Shown here piece after piece: positions 43,533 through 52,325 of a DNA stretch of 64,000 bases. The notes under the pieces were generated by a model, which did not search any database, had not been told where the DNA came from, and saw only the letters and a program-made list of their open reading frames with translations. The DNA lies in IMG/VR virus record IMGVR_UViG_3300049855_000474, positions 1 through 64,000 of that record. One strand, given 5' to 3'. Both the position numbers and the translations under genes were made by a program. This DNA is from a virus. The number at the start of each line of letters is the position of its first letter. Position 1 is the first letter of the stretch.

Positions 43533-46514
43533 ATGGCTGATAAGAAAGAAAAGGTCCTGTCAAAGCAGGATGTTGATATAATCAAAAAGCGCACTAAGCT
43601 GCTAGCAACAGAGCAGCGTTTATCTAAACTAGACAAAGAACTCAGGCAATCACGTGTAAAACTAGGGCGTATTGACAATGAGCAGTCCGAAGAAGCTATA
43701 AAGCTTAGAGAAAAGATAGCCCAGCTAGATCACGAAGCGGTTGGAATAACTAGAGAGCACGATAAACTCCACAAGAGCATTACAAGTTCTTATGCTGATG
43801 AATCCAAGCATATAGCTAATATACTCAAAAATCGTCTAGGACTCAACTCATTACAAGAACAAGTTAATAGAAAAGCAGGTAAGCAACTAGATTACGCTAG
43901 TGATATTACTAAAGAGATCTCTGGCTGGATCGGTTACCTTCAAAAAGCCAAAGGGTTGCTGGCTGATATCTCGAATCCGGATAGTAAGCCGGATACGATG
44001 TTTGGTAGGGCTGGAAAACTAGCCTATGAAGATGTTCAGTACGCAGCTAAGAACTATCTGGCTCTACAAGGCGAAGTACAACAGGCTAACGAAACTACCG
44101 CATCAAAAGCTACAGCTGCTGCTATGAGCACAGCCAAAGCTATCGGTAACATGTCCTCCTCTGGGTTTGATGAGAAGACAAGGAAAAACGTCTCAGGCTC
44201 GGTAGCTGTTATTTACGAGTTTCGCCAAGCTTACGAAGAGTTAGGCAAAGAAGCCAAGAAAACCAGCCAAGAACTTGGTGCCGATCTGTCGGAAGTGAAG
44301 AAGCTTCAGGCAGAGTTAGCTACAAAAATGACCCTGGACGTTCGTGACGAGAACGCCAGAAAAGCTGTAGCCTCTATGACTAAAGAGTTCATCTACATGC
44401 GAGAGCGGGGTATTTTACCTGCTGACGTTGGTATTGATGAGGTTATTAAAAGAGCCCAACAGTTCGGAACAGCTAGCCCCAGAAATATAGCTAAAGTAGC
44501 TAAAGAATTTGCTTACCTCTCTGCTCTGCCTGACGTAATGGCAAAGCGACTCAAGAAGCTCAATCCAGAGCTAGGACGATTCGTTGCTGCAAACAGGGAA
44601 GAACTAGCAAAATCTGTACGAGAGCTAAACGCAGAACTCGGGGACCAAAATACAGTCCTGGAGAATCTAGCTACCAACTACGCGGTGCTTACAGCTAAAG
44701 CTCATGCTTATGGTGCTTCGGCGGAAACAGCAGCCAAGGTAGGAAATGCTTTAGCTAAGGGACTATTCAAGACAGATACTTCAATCGATGCTATTTCTAT
44801 GGGGGCAGGCGAGAATCTTGCTAACCAAATCCGTAAGAATAAGCAAGTAGCTTACGATCTCGCCAGGCAACAAAAAGGTGATGACGGTAAAGAACGCACC
44901 AAGGAAGAAATTGAGCAAACTGCCCAAATTTACATCCGAAAAGCGAATGAGGGCGGTACATCCAATTCTACACTAGCGCGGATGACCTCTACTACTACCC
45001 AAGGCATGGAGGCTCTACTGGGTAGAATGCGGGAACTTATACCACAAGGAACAACAACAGAAAATGCTTCTCGAATCATGGCGTCCCAAGGCTTCACAAC
45101 TGGAAGCGCGATGGGCGATGAAATTATGGCACAGCTTGCTCTAGAAAAGCCTGACGCTAAAGCTACAGAAAAAGCATTAGGGGATATCAAAAAGTTCCAA
45201 GAGGAAGCAGCTAAAGAAGCTAAGGCTCTATTAGACAAAGAAAACGAGTATAAAGCAAAGCAAGAAGCCGCAACACTCGCGGTAACTCAGATGGTTGAAC
45301 CTGTCAAACTTCTCGAGAATATCGAGAAATGGACACTGGCTACATCTAACAACACTTTTGGTATAGCTGCAACACTCGCGGTACTTGGAGGTGGTAACCT
45401 ACTACTTAAAGCCCTACAAAGTCGTGGCGGACCAGGCGGCACCAACCCATTCCCTAATCTAGGGAAACCTAGAAGTGGTAGTGGAGGAACAGGGGGTTCA
45501 GGAGGAACAGGTGGTAGTGGTGGTAGCAGAGGAATACCGGGGGATATCGAAGCTCCCAAGACACACACATATAGCGCCACTACAGGCGAAGCAGTAAACC
45601 CTACTACAGGTAAGGCAATAGATGCGGTCTCTGATGCTGCAGATGACTTGGCAGAAGTAACTAAGAAGCAAACTCTTACCCAGAAGCTAATGACACTGGG
45701 TAAGAAGGATATAGGTAAAGCCCTAGCTGATACTACAAAAGGCATCACAAAAAATGGCGGAAAAAAAGTAGTAGAGGCAACTAAGAATTTGTGGGAGGGG
45801 ATTGGGAAGACAGCAGGCAGCGCCAAAGGCTCATTAGCTTCTGGTTGGCGTGGTATGACAGCTACATCCACCGAAATAAGTAAAAATACCGGCAAGGTGG
45901 GCAAAGCTCTAGGAGCTGTAGGTCTTGGATTAAGTGCCTATACGATATTGTCTGATGATAAAACTAACGCCTCCGAAAAGACCGCAAAAGTAGGCGAGGC
46001 GGTTGGAGAAGTAGGACTTGCCGCTATAAATCCGATAGCAGCAGCAGCCTTAGCAGCCAGAACTGTAGCTTCATTAGGAGCACGCTATGTGGCAGGTAAC
46101 GAAGGAGCTGCGGATTGGATTGATGACAATGTCAAACTCTCCAAAGTAGGAGAACTATTAGGTGAAGGGTTGTTTAAACTCTTCGGTGACGAAAATACAA
46201 ATACCCTAGTAAAAAGCACACAAAACGTTGCTCCTGCTCAGACCGGTCCAAACATAAGTAAGAACACAGGCAGTCCTGTAAAGACAGCAAACGTAGCACC
46301 TTCTCAGCGCACACCCGTTGGAGCACCAGGAGCTTCAGCATCAGGAGCCGTACCACCAGGTTCAATTACCGCCCTAGCTGCTACAGGTTCGGCTATTTCG
46401 AATCCAGATGGGAGTATTCGAGTCCCCTGTGAGTTTACTATCGCAGGATTTCAAGATGCGGTATTCGCCAATATTCGCCAATTTGATAGCAAAAAAGCCA
46501 CAGGTCTAACGTAA
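43533..46514 (+). CDS. Tail tape measure protein
   Basis: 993 aa, A/K-rich helical, Gly-rich and hydrophobic segments, follows chaperone pair. Confidence 0.75.
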   Translation: MADKKEKVLSKQDVDIIKKRTKLLATEQRLSKLDKELRQSRVKLGRIDNEQSEEAIKLREKIAQLDHEAVGITREHDKLHKSITSSYADESKHIANILKNRLGLNSLQEQVNRKAGKQLDYASDITKEISGWIGYLQKAKGLLADISNPDSKPDTMFGRAGKLAYEDVQYAAKNYLALQGEVQQANETTASKATAAAMSTAKAIGNMSSSGFDEKTRKNVSGSVAVIYEFRQAYEELGKEAKKTSQELGADLSEVKKLQAELATKMTLDVRDENARKAVASMTKEFIYMRERGILPADVGIDEVIKRAQQFGTASPRNIAKVAKEFAYLSALPDVMAKRLKKLNPELGRFVAANREELAKSVRELNAELGDQNTVLENLATNYAVLTAKAHAYGASAETAAKVGNALAKGLFKTDTSIDAISMGAGENLANQIRKNKQVAYDLARQQKGDDGKERTKEEIEQTAQIYIRKANEGGTSNSTLARMTSTTTQGMEALLGRMRELIPQGTTTENASRIMASQGFTTGSAMGDEIMAQLALEKPDAKATEKALGDIKKFQEEAAKEAKALLDKENEYKAKQEAATLAVTQMVEPVKLLENIEKWTLATSNNTFGIAATLAVLGGGNLLLKALQSRGGPGGTNPFPNLGKPRSGSGGTGGSGGTGGSGGSRGIPGDIEAPKTHTYSATTGEAVNPTTGKAIDAVSDAADDLAEVTKKQTLTQKLMTLGKKDIGKALADTTKGITKNGGKKVVEATKNLWEGIGKTAGSAKGSLASGWRGMTATSTEISKNTGKVGKALGAVGLGLSAYTILSDDKTNASEKTAKVGEAVGEVGLAAINPIAAAALAARTVASLGARYVAGNEGAADWIDDNVKLSKVGELLGEGLFKLFGDENTNTLVKSTQNVAPAQTGPNISKNTGSPVKTANVAPSQRTPVGAPGASASGAVPPGSITALAATGSAISNPDGSIRVPCEFTIAGFQDAVFANIRQFDSKKATGLT

Positions 46515-46527
46515 ACCAAGAGGAAAA

Positions 46528-46767
46528 ATGTCTGCAAAATTACTAAAGTCACTAGCAAATGGAAAATGTACGGTCAAAAACACCATATCTGGTGATGTGG
46601 TTGTATATTACCCAAAAGAAGACACTAACGAGCTGGATCATATTATCATCCGAGCTAGTGGTACAGAAGTGAACTTGGTCAAGTTCGCTTCTATCAAGCA
46701 GCTGAGGAAATCCCCTAACCTCAAGAGACTTGTAAACGATGGTAGTCTCTCAGTCGTCACCAATTAG
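46528..46767 (+). CDS. Small hypothetical protein
   Basis: GAGGA SD, 79 aa. Confidence 0.65.
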   Translation: MSAKLLKSLANGKCTVKNTISGDVVVYYPKEDTNELDHIIIRASGTEVNLVKFASIKQLRKSPNLKRLVNDGSLSVVTN

Positions 46768-46777
46768 GGATAAGCCG

Positions 46778-47044
46778 ATGACATCAAAAAGCCTCAAAAA
46801 GCAACCAGGAGCTGCTTACCTAATCCCTATAGAAGCTACAATAGAGCTTCGAAAGATCATACAGTATAACGACTCCTGCGCTTTCCCATACAAGCGAGTT
46901 CAGCGATCCGATGTGATCAAGTTACTCAAGCAGTACGGATGGGAGGGATCGGTACATAGCCTCAACAGGCTGATCCATGCCCACTTTGGACGTTCTTTCA
47001 CTAAAGCCTCAAATCAAAATACCGGAGCCTCTAAGAATGCCTGA
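46778..47044 (+). CDS. Hypothetical protein
   Basis: AGGGA SD, ATG 46778, overlaps next gene. Confidence 0.55.
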   Translation: MTSKSLKKQPGAAYLIPIEATIELRKIIQYNDSCAFPYKRVQRSDVIKLLKQYGWEGSVHSLNRLIHAHFGRSFTKASNQNTGASKNA

Positions 47045-48170
47045 AAACAAGTCGCGATGGTCTAAAACCGTAAATAAAGCTAAAAACCATCCAGCGGCAA
47101 AAGCGGCTGCCCTCCCAGAAGAACCTCGAAAAAAGATTACAGCAGAGGACCTTATAGCTCAAGCGGAAAGCCGAGATAAGGCAAAAGTCTACCCCTCGCT
47201 ACATAACCATAAAGCACCCCCAGGATACCACCTTCGAGGAGTGTCTACCCTACTAGATGCCGAAGGCACACCAGTGCAGACTTGGGTCAAGACCGTCAAG
47301 AGTCAAGATGATCCAATGGCAATATTAGATCAATTCCAAATTGCTGTAGCTAATAGGGACATCAAACAAGCAAAACCAGTAAAAGCACCCACAATTGCTG
47401 ATAAGGATTTGCTAACAGTGTTTCCGATAGGTGACCAACACGTTGGGCTTCTATCTTGGGGAGAAGAAACCGGTGAGGATTTCGATATTAATATCGTAGA
47501 AAAAGTACTATATGCGGCAGTAAATAGATTGGTAGAGTTAGCACCATCCAGCGAACAAGCTCTAATTATCAATCTAGGGGACTTCTATCATGCAGATAAT
47601 CCTGACTCGCGTACACGCAGCGGGCACGTTCTGGATGTAGACTCTAGGTGGGCTAAAGTATTCCGAATAGGCGTTATGATCATGACAAAGTGCATCGATC
47701 GTGCGCTAGAGAAACACAAAAAAGTCAGTGTTATCAACGCTTTAGGTAACCACGACTACTGTAGTGCTCTAATGCTAACCACCTGTCTAGCTCATCATTA
47801 CAGGAATGACCCTCGTGTGTATATCGATACATCACCAGCAATGTTTCACTGGTTTGAATTTGGAGAATGCTTGCTCGGTGTCCATCACGGACATACAGCA
47901 AAAGCAGCAGATCTACCAGCAATCATGGCTTTCGATAAAAAAGAAGCCTGGGCTAGGACATCTTTCAGGCAATTCTATTGCGGACATATTCATCACCAGA
48001 AAGTTCAAGAGTTCCGAGGCGTTACAGTAGAATACTTCCGGACATTAGCAGCTCGCGACGCCTGGCACGCAGGGCAAGGTTATAGGTCGGGACGTTCTAT
48101 GGTTTGCGATGTTTGGCATAAAAATCGTGGCAGGATCATGCGCCACGAAGTTGGAATTGAGTCTCTGTGA
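47037..48170 (+). CDS. Phage calcineurin-like metallophosphoesterase/exonuclease
   Basis: GDQHVG, NLGDFYH, GNHD, HHGH, GHIHH; GGAG SD. Confidence 0.8.
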   Translation: MPENKSRWSKTVNKAKNHPAAKAAALPEEPRKKITAEDLIAQAESRDKAKVYPSLHNHKAPPGYHLRGVSTLLDAEGTPVQTWVKTVKSQDDPMAILDQFQIAVANRDIKQAKPVKAPTIADKDLLTVFPIGDQHVGLLSWGEETGEDFDINIVEKVLYAAVNRLVELAPSSEQALIINLGDFYHADNPDSRTRSGHVLDVDSRWAKVFRIGVMIMTKCIDRALEKHKKVSVINALGNHDYCSALMLTTCLAHHYRNDPRVYIDTSPAMFHWFEFGECLLGVHHGHTAKAADLPAIMAFDKKEAWARTSFRQFYCGHIHHQKVQEFRGVTVEYFRTLAARDAWHAGQGYRSGRSMVCDVWHKNRGRIMRHEVGIESL

Positions 48171-48191
48171 GACGCGCGTACTGTGTATATA

Positions 48192-48223
48192 AAAGCCAAA
48201 GCCAAACCGGCTTAGTTGGCTTT
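48192..48223 (+). terminator. Hairpin, possible terminator
   Basis: AAAGCCAA-AGCC..GGCT-TAG-TTGGCTTT. Confidence 0.45.
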
Positions 48224-48291
48224 AATGCCTTTTAATAGTTAAATCTTTATACGGTCTTACTACCCTCACCGAAAGGATACGACCACCAACG

Positions 48292-49308
48292 ATGACCACC
48301 CGGAAAAGCGCGGAACCCACTGTTTCTAGAGACATTGAAATAAACGATACGGGAGTGTTGCTTCAAGTTCTAGGTCCTAATGACGCTTACGTGAAGCTAA
48401 TCAAGAAGTCTTTCAGAATCAAAATCTGGTTGAGAGGAAACTTGGTTAAATTGGCTGGTGGCGAAAGCGGGGTTAGGTTAGCAGAAAAGGTGCTTGGTGA
48501 GTTAGAGGCTCTAGCCCGTAAGGGCAAAGAAGTTGGTCAATTGGAAGTTACTCAGTGCATCAATATGGTAGGCAACCAACCTAATATTGATCACAAAGCG
48601 TTACGCAAGAGTGCTGTTAGAACCGGTGTCAATAGAAAGACAGTAACCCCAAAGGGGGCGGCTCAGCAAGCGTATATGCAAGCTATCGAAGAGAACGATG
48701 TGACGTTCGGGATAGGTTCCGCAGGATCCGGGAAAAGTTTCGTTGCGATGGCAATGGCTATTTCTGCAGTACTAGACAATAAATACAAGAAAATCATCCT
48801 TACACGTCCTACCGTCGAGGCTGGAGAGAAGTTAGGATTCCTGCCTGGTGGTCTAGAAGACAAGATCAACCCATACCTGCGTCCTTTATTCGATGCCATG
48901 GAAGACCTTTTGGATAGAGAGAAGGCTACCGAATGGATGCAGAAGGGCATTGTAGAAGTAGCCCCACTAGCCTTCATGAGGGGTCGCACGCTCTCGAATG
49001 CCTTCATTATTCTAGATGAAGCTCAGAATACTACATGCGAGCAAATGAAGATGTTTCTAACTCGTATTGGGTTTGGGTCCAAAGCAGTTATTACTGGTGA
49101 TATGACACAGTCTGACATAGAAGGCAGACGCAATGGTTTGATGGATGCAGTTCAGCTACTGCACAACACAGAAAGTGTTTACATTAACCGGTTCACGGAT
49201 ATTGACGTGGTGAGGCATCCTCTGGTACAAAGGATAGTACGCGTATATGACGCTCGAGATGAGCGCCGCCAGAAAGAAAGAGAAGCTGAAAATGGACCAA
49301 AAGGGTGA
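48292..49308 (+). CDS. phoH: PhoH-family ATPase (bacterial YbeZ-type with N-terminal domain)
   Basis: GSAGSGKS, ILTRPTVEAGEKLGFLPG, PLAFMRGRT, ILDEAQN, TGD.TQSD, DVVRHPLV. Confidence 0.95.
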   Translation: MTTRKSAEPTVSRDIEINDTGVLLQVLGPNDAYVKLIKKSFRIKIWLRGNLVKLAGGESGVRLAEKVLGELEALARKGKEVGQLEVTQCINMVGNQPNIDHKALRKSAVRTGVNRKTVTPKGAAQQAYMQAIEENDVTFGIGSAGSGKSFVAMAMAISAVLDNKYKKIILTRPTVEAGEKLGFLPGGLEDKINPYLRPLFDAMEDLLDREKATEWMQKGIVEVAPLAFMRGRTLSNAFIILDEAQNTTCEQMKMFLTRIGFGSKAVITGDMTQSDIEGRRNGLMDAVQLLHNTESVYINRFTDIDVVRHPLVQRIVRVYDARDERRQKEREAENGPKG

Positions 49309-49543
49309 TTGGTTTTCTAAGCCAGGTGATACAATTGTAGATCTCCTCAATGAGAGGTGCATGCCTATCTGGGAATTTGCTAAAAAATCAGGTCTATCTT
49401 TTAGTGAAGCTGTTGACTTGATTGATGGTAAAATTGCTATCACTACCGAAGTAGCTCGGGGACTAGAAGCTGCTTTTGGTGCTCCAGCGTCTTTTTGGCT
49501 CCAACGTGATAGTAATTATAGGAAGAAGATCTCTTGTTCGTAA
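49292..49543 (+). CDS. HigA-like (XRE HTH) antitoxin-type protein, orphan
   Basis: PGDTI..LL..R....EFA..SG......LIDGKIAIT...A..LE..FG..ASFWL. Confidence 0.75.
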   Translation: MDQKGDWFSKPGDTIVDLLNERCMPIWEFAKKSGLSFSEAVDLIDGKIAITTEVARGLEAAFGAPASFWLQRDSNYRKKISCS

Positions 49544-49989
49544 AGTGTCACGTTCACGGGCAGCCCTTCCCAAAGTCTGCCTGCCATTCTCATCACGAAA
49601 AACCCAGGTCTACTGGTGGCGGTGACGAAGCTTCGAACCTAATTTGGCTCTGTGCTAATTGCCACAGTACCGCACATCGGGTAGCCCAGCTGGTAGAGAA
49701 GGGTCGCGGGGGCGAAGCTGAGGATATCAGTACAGGCTCCTATCCTCTACCTGCACAAAGGCAACGCTTCAAGCTTGTAGTTGCGGAGATTCTTCAAGCG
49801 ACGGAAGACTCTAAGGTCACAGGCAAGAGGAAAGCCAAGGCTATGATCGAGCTTGAGCTACCTCACGAGGTCAACGACCGCATTAAGCTGCTGCTGGCTG
49901 ACAGTCGTGGCAAAGGGAAAAAGCTTAGCGTGGCTAAGTACATCGAGGCTTTAGTTGTCACCCACTTGAAGCAAAAAGGCCTTCTGTAG
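49534..49989 (+). CDS. HNH endonuclease with C-terminal ribbon-helix-helix-like domain
   Basis: HHEKPRSTGGGD...NL..LCANCH..AH; IELELPHEVNDRIK...SVAKYIEALV. Confidence 0.75.
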   Translation: MFVKCHVHGQPFPKSACHSHHEKPRSTGGGDEASNLIWLCANCHSTAHRVAQLVEKGRGGEAEDISTGSYPLPAQRQRFKLVVAEILQATEDSKVTGKRKAKAMIELELPHEVNDRIKLLLADSRGKGKKLSVAKYIEALVVTHLKQKGLL

Positions 49990-50014
49990 AAGATTATTGT
50001 GGAAGTAGGCTTTT

Positions 50015-50050
50015 GTGTTGAAATTATGAGGCTCGTGTTGAAAATATGAG
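50015..50050. repeat. Two 16-bp direct repeats GTGTTGAAA(T/A)TATGAG at 20-bp spacing
   Basis: 50015-50030 and 50035-50050. Confidence 0.8.
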
Positions 50051-50051
50051 A

Positions 50052-50086
50052 AAGGCGCCTGAACAGTTTGAATGTTCAGGCGCCTT
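50052..50086 (-). terminator. Strong hairpin terminator for the tRNA transcript
   Basis: 14-bp perfect stem AAGGCGCCTGAACA/TGTTCAGGCGCCTT at convergent junction. Confidence 0.75.
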
Positions 50087-50092
50087 CCAGTT

Positions 50093-50169
50093 TGGCTCTA
50101 GGGGCAGGGCTTGAACCTGCGACCCTTCGTTTAACAGACGAACGCTCTTACCAACTGAGCTACCCTAGA
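50093..50169 (-). tRNA. tRNA-Asn (GTT), CCA encoded
   Basis: Cloverleaf TCTAGGG..GCTC..GAGC..TTCGT-CT GTT AA-ACGAA..GCAGG TTCAAGC CCTGC..G CCA. Confidence 0.93.
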
Positions 50170-50180
50170 ATAATAATAAT

Positions 50181-50256
50181 TGGTCCCTGGGATCGGTATC
50201 GAACCGATTGCCTCTGCGGCTTCACTGCAGCGCTCTACCATTTGAGCTACCCAGGG
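50181..50256 (-). tRNA. tRNA-Phe (GAA), atypical anticodon arm, CCA encoded
   Basis: CCCTGGG acceptor; CTGCA-GT GAA GC-CGCAG; ATCGG TTCGATA CCGAT. Confidence 0.82.
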
Positions 50257-50257
50257 T

Positions 50258-50332
50258 TGGTTCCTGGGGTGAGATTCGAACTCACGACTTGTCGATTAAG
50301 AATCGACGACTCTACCGCTGAGTTACCCAGGA
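50258..50332 (-). tRNA. tRNA-Lys (CTT), CCA encoded
   Basis: TCCTGGG acceptor; GTCGA-TT CTT AA-TCGAC; GTGAG TTCGAAT CTCAC. Confidence 0.92.
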
Positions 50333-50529
50333 ATATGTTGTATCAGTTGCTAAACAACTGTCGCTTACCAAACACCTTGCAATTGCTATTATTAGGCAAT
50401 TGAAGGTAGCTGGGTTGCGACAATAGATTTACAACGATACACATAACCTGAACTCCAAACGGTACAAACGGGTCTAGATTTTCTTGCTAGGCTGAAATAC
50501 ACCTAGAAGAACATATAACACAGGTAACA

Positions 50530-51327
50530 CTATGGTGCAAGCGTCCCAACGATGATTATCCTCCTAGAGGGCGGATAAAGGAACAACCTTTCCTCCTGTG
50601 AGGTACCTAACAAGCTTTGAAAGTAGCGAATCCTGTAGAGCTTGTAGCCTAGAGTCCCAGGTTCTTGTACTTTCTTTCGACCCAGCTTCCAGTCCGCTCG
50701 AGCCACCTTCCAAATATCGAAGTTTTCAGTTTCTAGAATCTGGAACTGGATTGTTACTTTCTTAGCAGGACCACTACCATACAGGGCGATATGGACAATC
50801 CCAGGTATAGAAATATCCGTAACTATCTTAACAGGAAACGGGTAGGTGTTCTTTACTTGTAGATCCTTCACTCCCCAGATAACTGTCGCGTCTAGAGATG
50901 GCTGGATATAAGAACTAGCACGAGAATGTGGGGAGTGCTCTACTATATCTAAGCCAGCATAGAGAAATACGGCATGAAGAGTGCTGGCAGCTTGGCATAC
51001 ACCACCACCGAAATCCTTACGAAGGCGCTTCTTAAAGATGACCTTCGCTTTCTTGAAACCCTGCTTTTCTGTCCGTGGTCCTACAGTTTTATTAAACGAA
51101 AATAACTCGTTAGGTTGTATTACAACGCCATCAAGCAGTTGTGCGGCAAGTTTGATATTGGCAGCTCTAGCGCCGTGTGCCTTACCACGATAAGAAAACT
51201 CAGTCTTATACTCAGAGAGTAGTGTAGATTGAGCATGAGCCCGAGGACACGAGCCCAATAAAACCAAGATCAGTAATACTAAAAGTAGCGACAATAAAGC
51301 ATTTTTCAGCACAAAAACCCTATTCAA
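50530..51327 (-). CDS. VanW-family exported protein
   Basis: Signal/TM N-terminus; NIKLAA..LDG.VI.PNE.FSFN..VGPRT...GF, GGGVCQ.ASTL, HS..YI..LDATV..G..DL...N. Confidence 0.85.
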   Translation of the reverse strand: MNRVFVLKNALLSLLLVLLILVLLGSCPRAHAQSTLLSEYKTEFSYRGKAHGARAANIKLAAQLLDGVVIQPNELFSFNKTVGPRTEKQGFKKAKVIFKKRLRKDFGGGVCQAASTLHAVFLYAGLDIVEHSPHSRASSYIQPSLDATVIWGVKDLQVKNTYPFPVKIVTDISIPGIVHIALYGSGPAKKVTIQFQILETENFDIWKVARADWKLGRKKVQEPGTLGYKLYRIRYFQSLLGTSQEERLFLYPPSRRIIIVGTLAP

Positions 51328-51572
51328 TCTGGAAGTACCTTAACCCAAGCTTCGCATTTAGAATACTGATAAGCAGGACAAAGCATATAGGCAATTTCTT
51401 TGGTTGTTTTACCTACACACTTAGAGTTACCGCTAGGTAACGGTGACTCGCAAAAAACTTTTGCGTTAGGTATTTGAAGAACCAAGGTTGTATAATGAGC
51501 ATTGTAATAGGCATAATCTGACCAGTTAGGACTTGCCACAAGCACATTAATAAACAAGAAAAACAACTTCAT
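51324..51572 (-). CDS. Small secreted Cys-containing protein
   Basis: GGAGG SD, hydrophobic N-terminus, four Cys. Confidence 0.55.
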   Translation of the reverse strand: MKLFFLFINVLVASPNWSDYAYYNAHYTTLVLQIPNAKVFCESPLPSGNSKCVGKTTKEIAYMLCPAYQYSKCEAWVKVLPD

Positions 51573-51600
51573 AAAACCTCCTACAAACGAACTTTACAGG

Positions 51601-51942
51601 TTAGTTCTTAATAAGCAAGAGGTCTTCTCTAGAAAAACGACCAGTAGGTTCAGACTCCTCGTCGTCAAGAGGTGCCGGATAAAGAATATGATCAACGATA
51701 GAAATAGTAGAAACTACCTCTTCCGTGGGTCTCTTGAAGACCTTAACCGCAGGATCCTGCTTAGAAGCAAAACTAGATCGATTAGCTTTAGCCTGAGCTA
51801 CCTGTAGGTCAAAATCTTTTTGAATCTTATCAGCTTGCATAGAGTTCCGAATATTATAGACTCCGAATAACACTAAAATAAAAAGACAACCTACTATAAA
51901 ACCTACAGCAAGACCCAAACTAAACAACTGTTCTCCACCCAT
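51601..51942 (-). CDS. Single-TM membrane protein
   Basis: GAGGAG SD before ATG 51942; N-terminal TM. Confidence 0.6.
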   Translation of the reverse strand: MGGEQLFSLGLAVGFIVGCLFILVLFGVYNIRNSMQADKIQKDFDLQVAQAKANRSSFASKQDPAVKVFKRPTEEVVSTISIVDHILYPAPLDDEESEPTGRFSREDLLLIKN

Positions 51943-51952
51943 GACATTCTCC

Positions 51953-52264
51953 TCACAATGATAAAGATTTCTTCCACGAACGCAATTTTGCATTTAAGTT
52001 ATCTCGACCCTGAGGATTGGCACTATGAACATGCCAATCCGGTGGTCCTTCCTCATAATAGTTTTCGGAAAGCCAGTTGACAAAAGACATAACATCAACA
52101 GTGTTACCGGCTGAATCCAGACCGAGGTCATGGTCCAAAGACATAAAAGAAGGAAGTCCAAGTTCTAGGACAATAGCCTTGGCGTCTTCGAATGTTCGTG
52201 CTAACACATAGCTATCGTCCGGTGGAGTACGTTCATCATCTAGATACAAGATGTAACCAGTCAT
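51953..52264 (-). CDS. Cyclic-phosphate processing receiver (cREC) domain protein
   Basis: LYLDDERTP, SLDHDLG, VHSANPQG. Confidence 0.78.
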   Translation of the reverse strand: MTGYILYLDDERTPPDDSYVLARTFEDAKAIVLELGLPSFMSLDHDLGLDSAGNTVDVMSFVNWLSENYYEEGPPDWHVHSANPQGRDNLNAKLRSWKKSLSL

Positions 52265-52325
52265 GACCTAGTGATACAACAAATTTTTGTTGGTGGCAAG
52301 AAAAATCACTCTTAGCGAGATCAAA

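Noticed and set aside
50068-50403. 111-aa + strand ORF
   Set aside because: It is the antisense of the three tRNA genes
50405-50418. GGTAGCTGGGTTGC resembling the 3' end of a c-di-GMP-I riboswitch (also GGCAAA at 22699)
   Set aside because: The GNRA/receptor and GCAAAGC core elements are missing; better explained as arms of other hairpins
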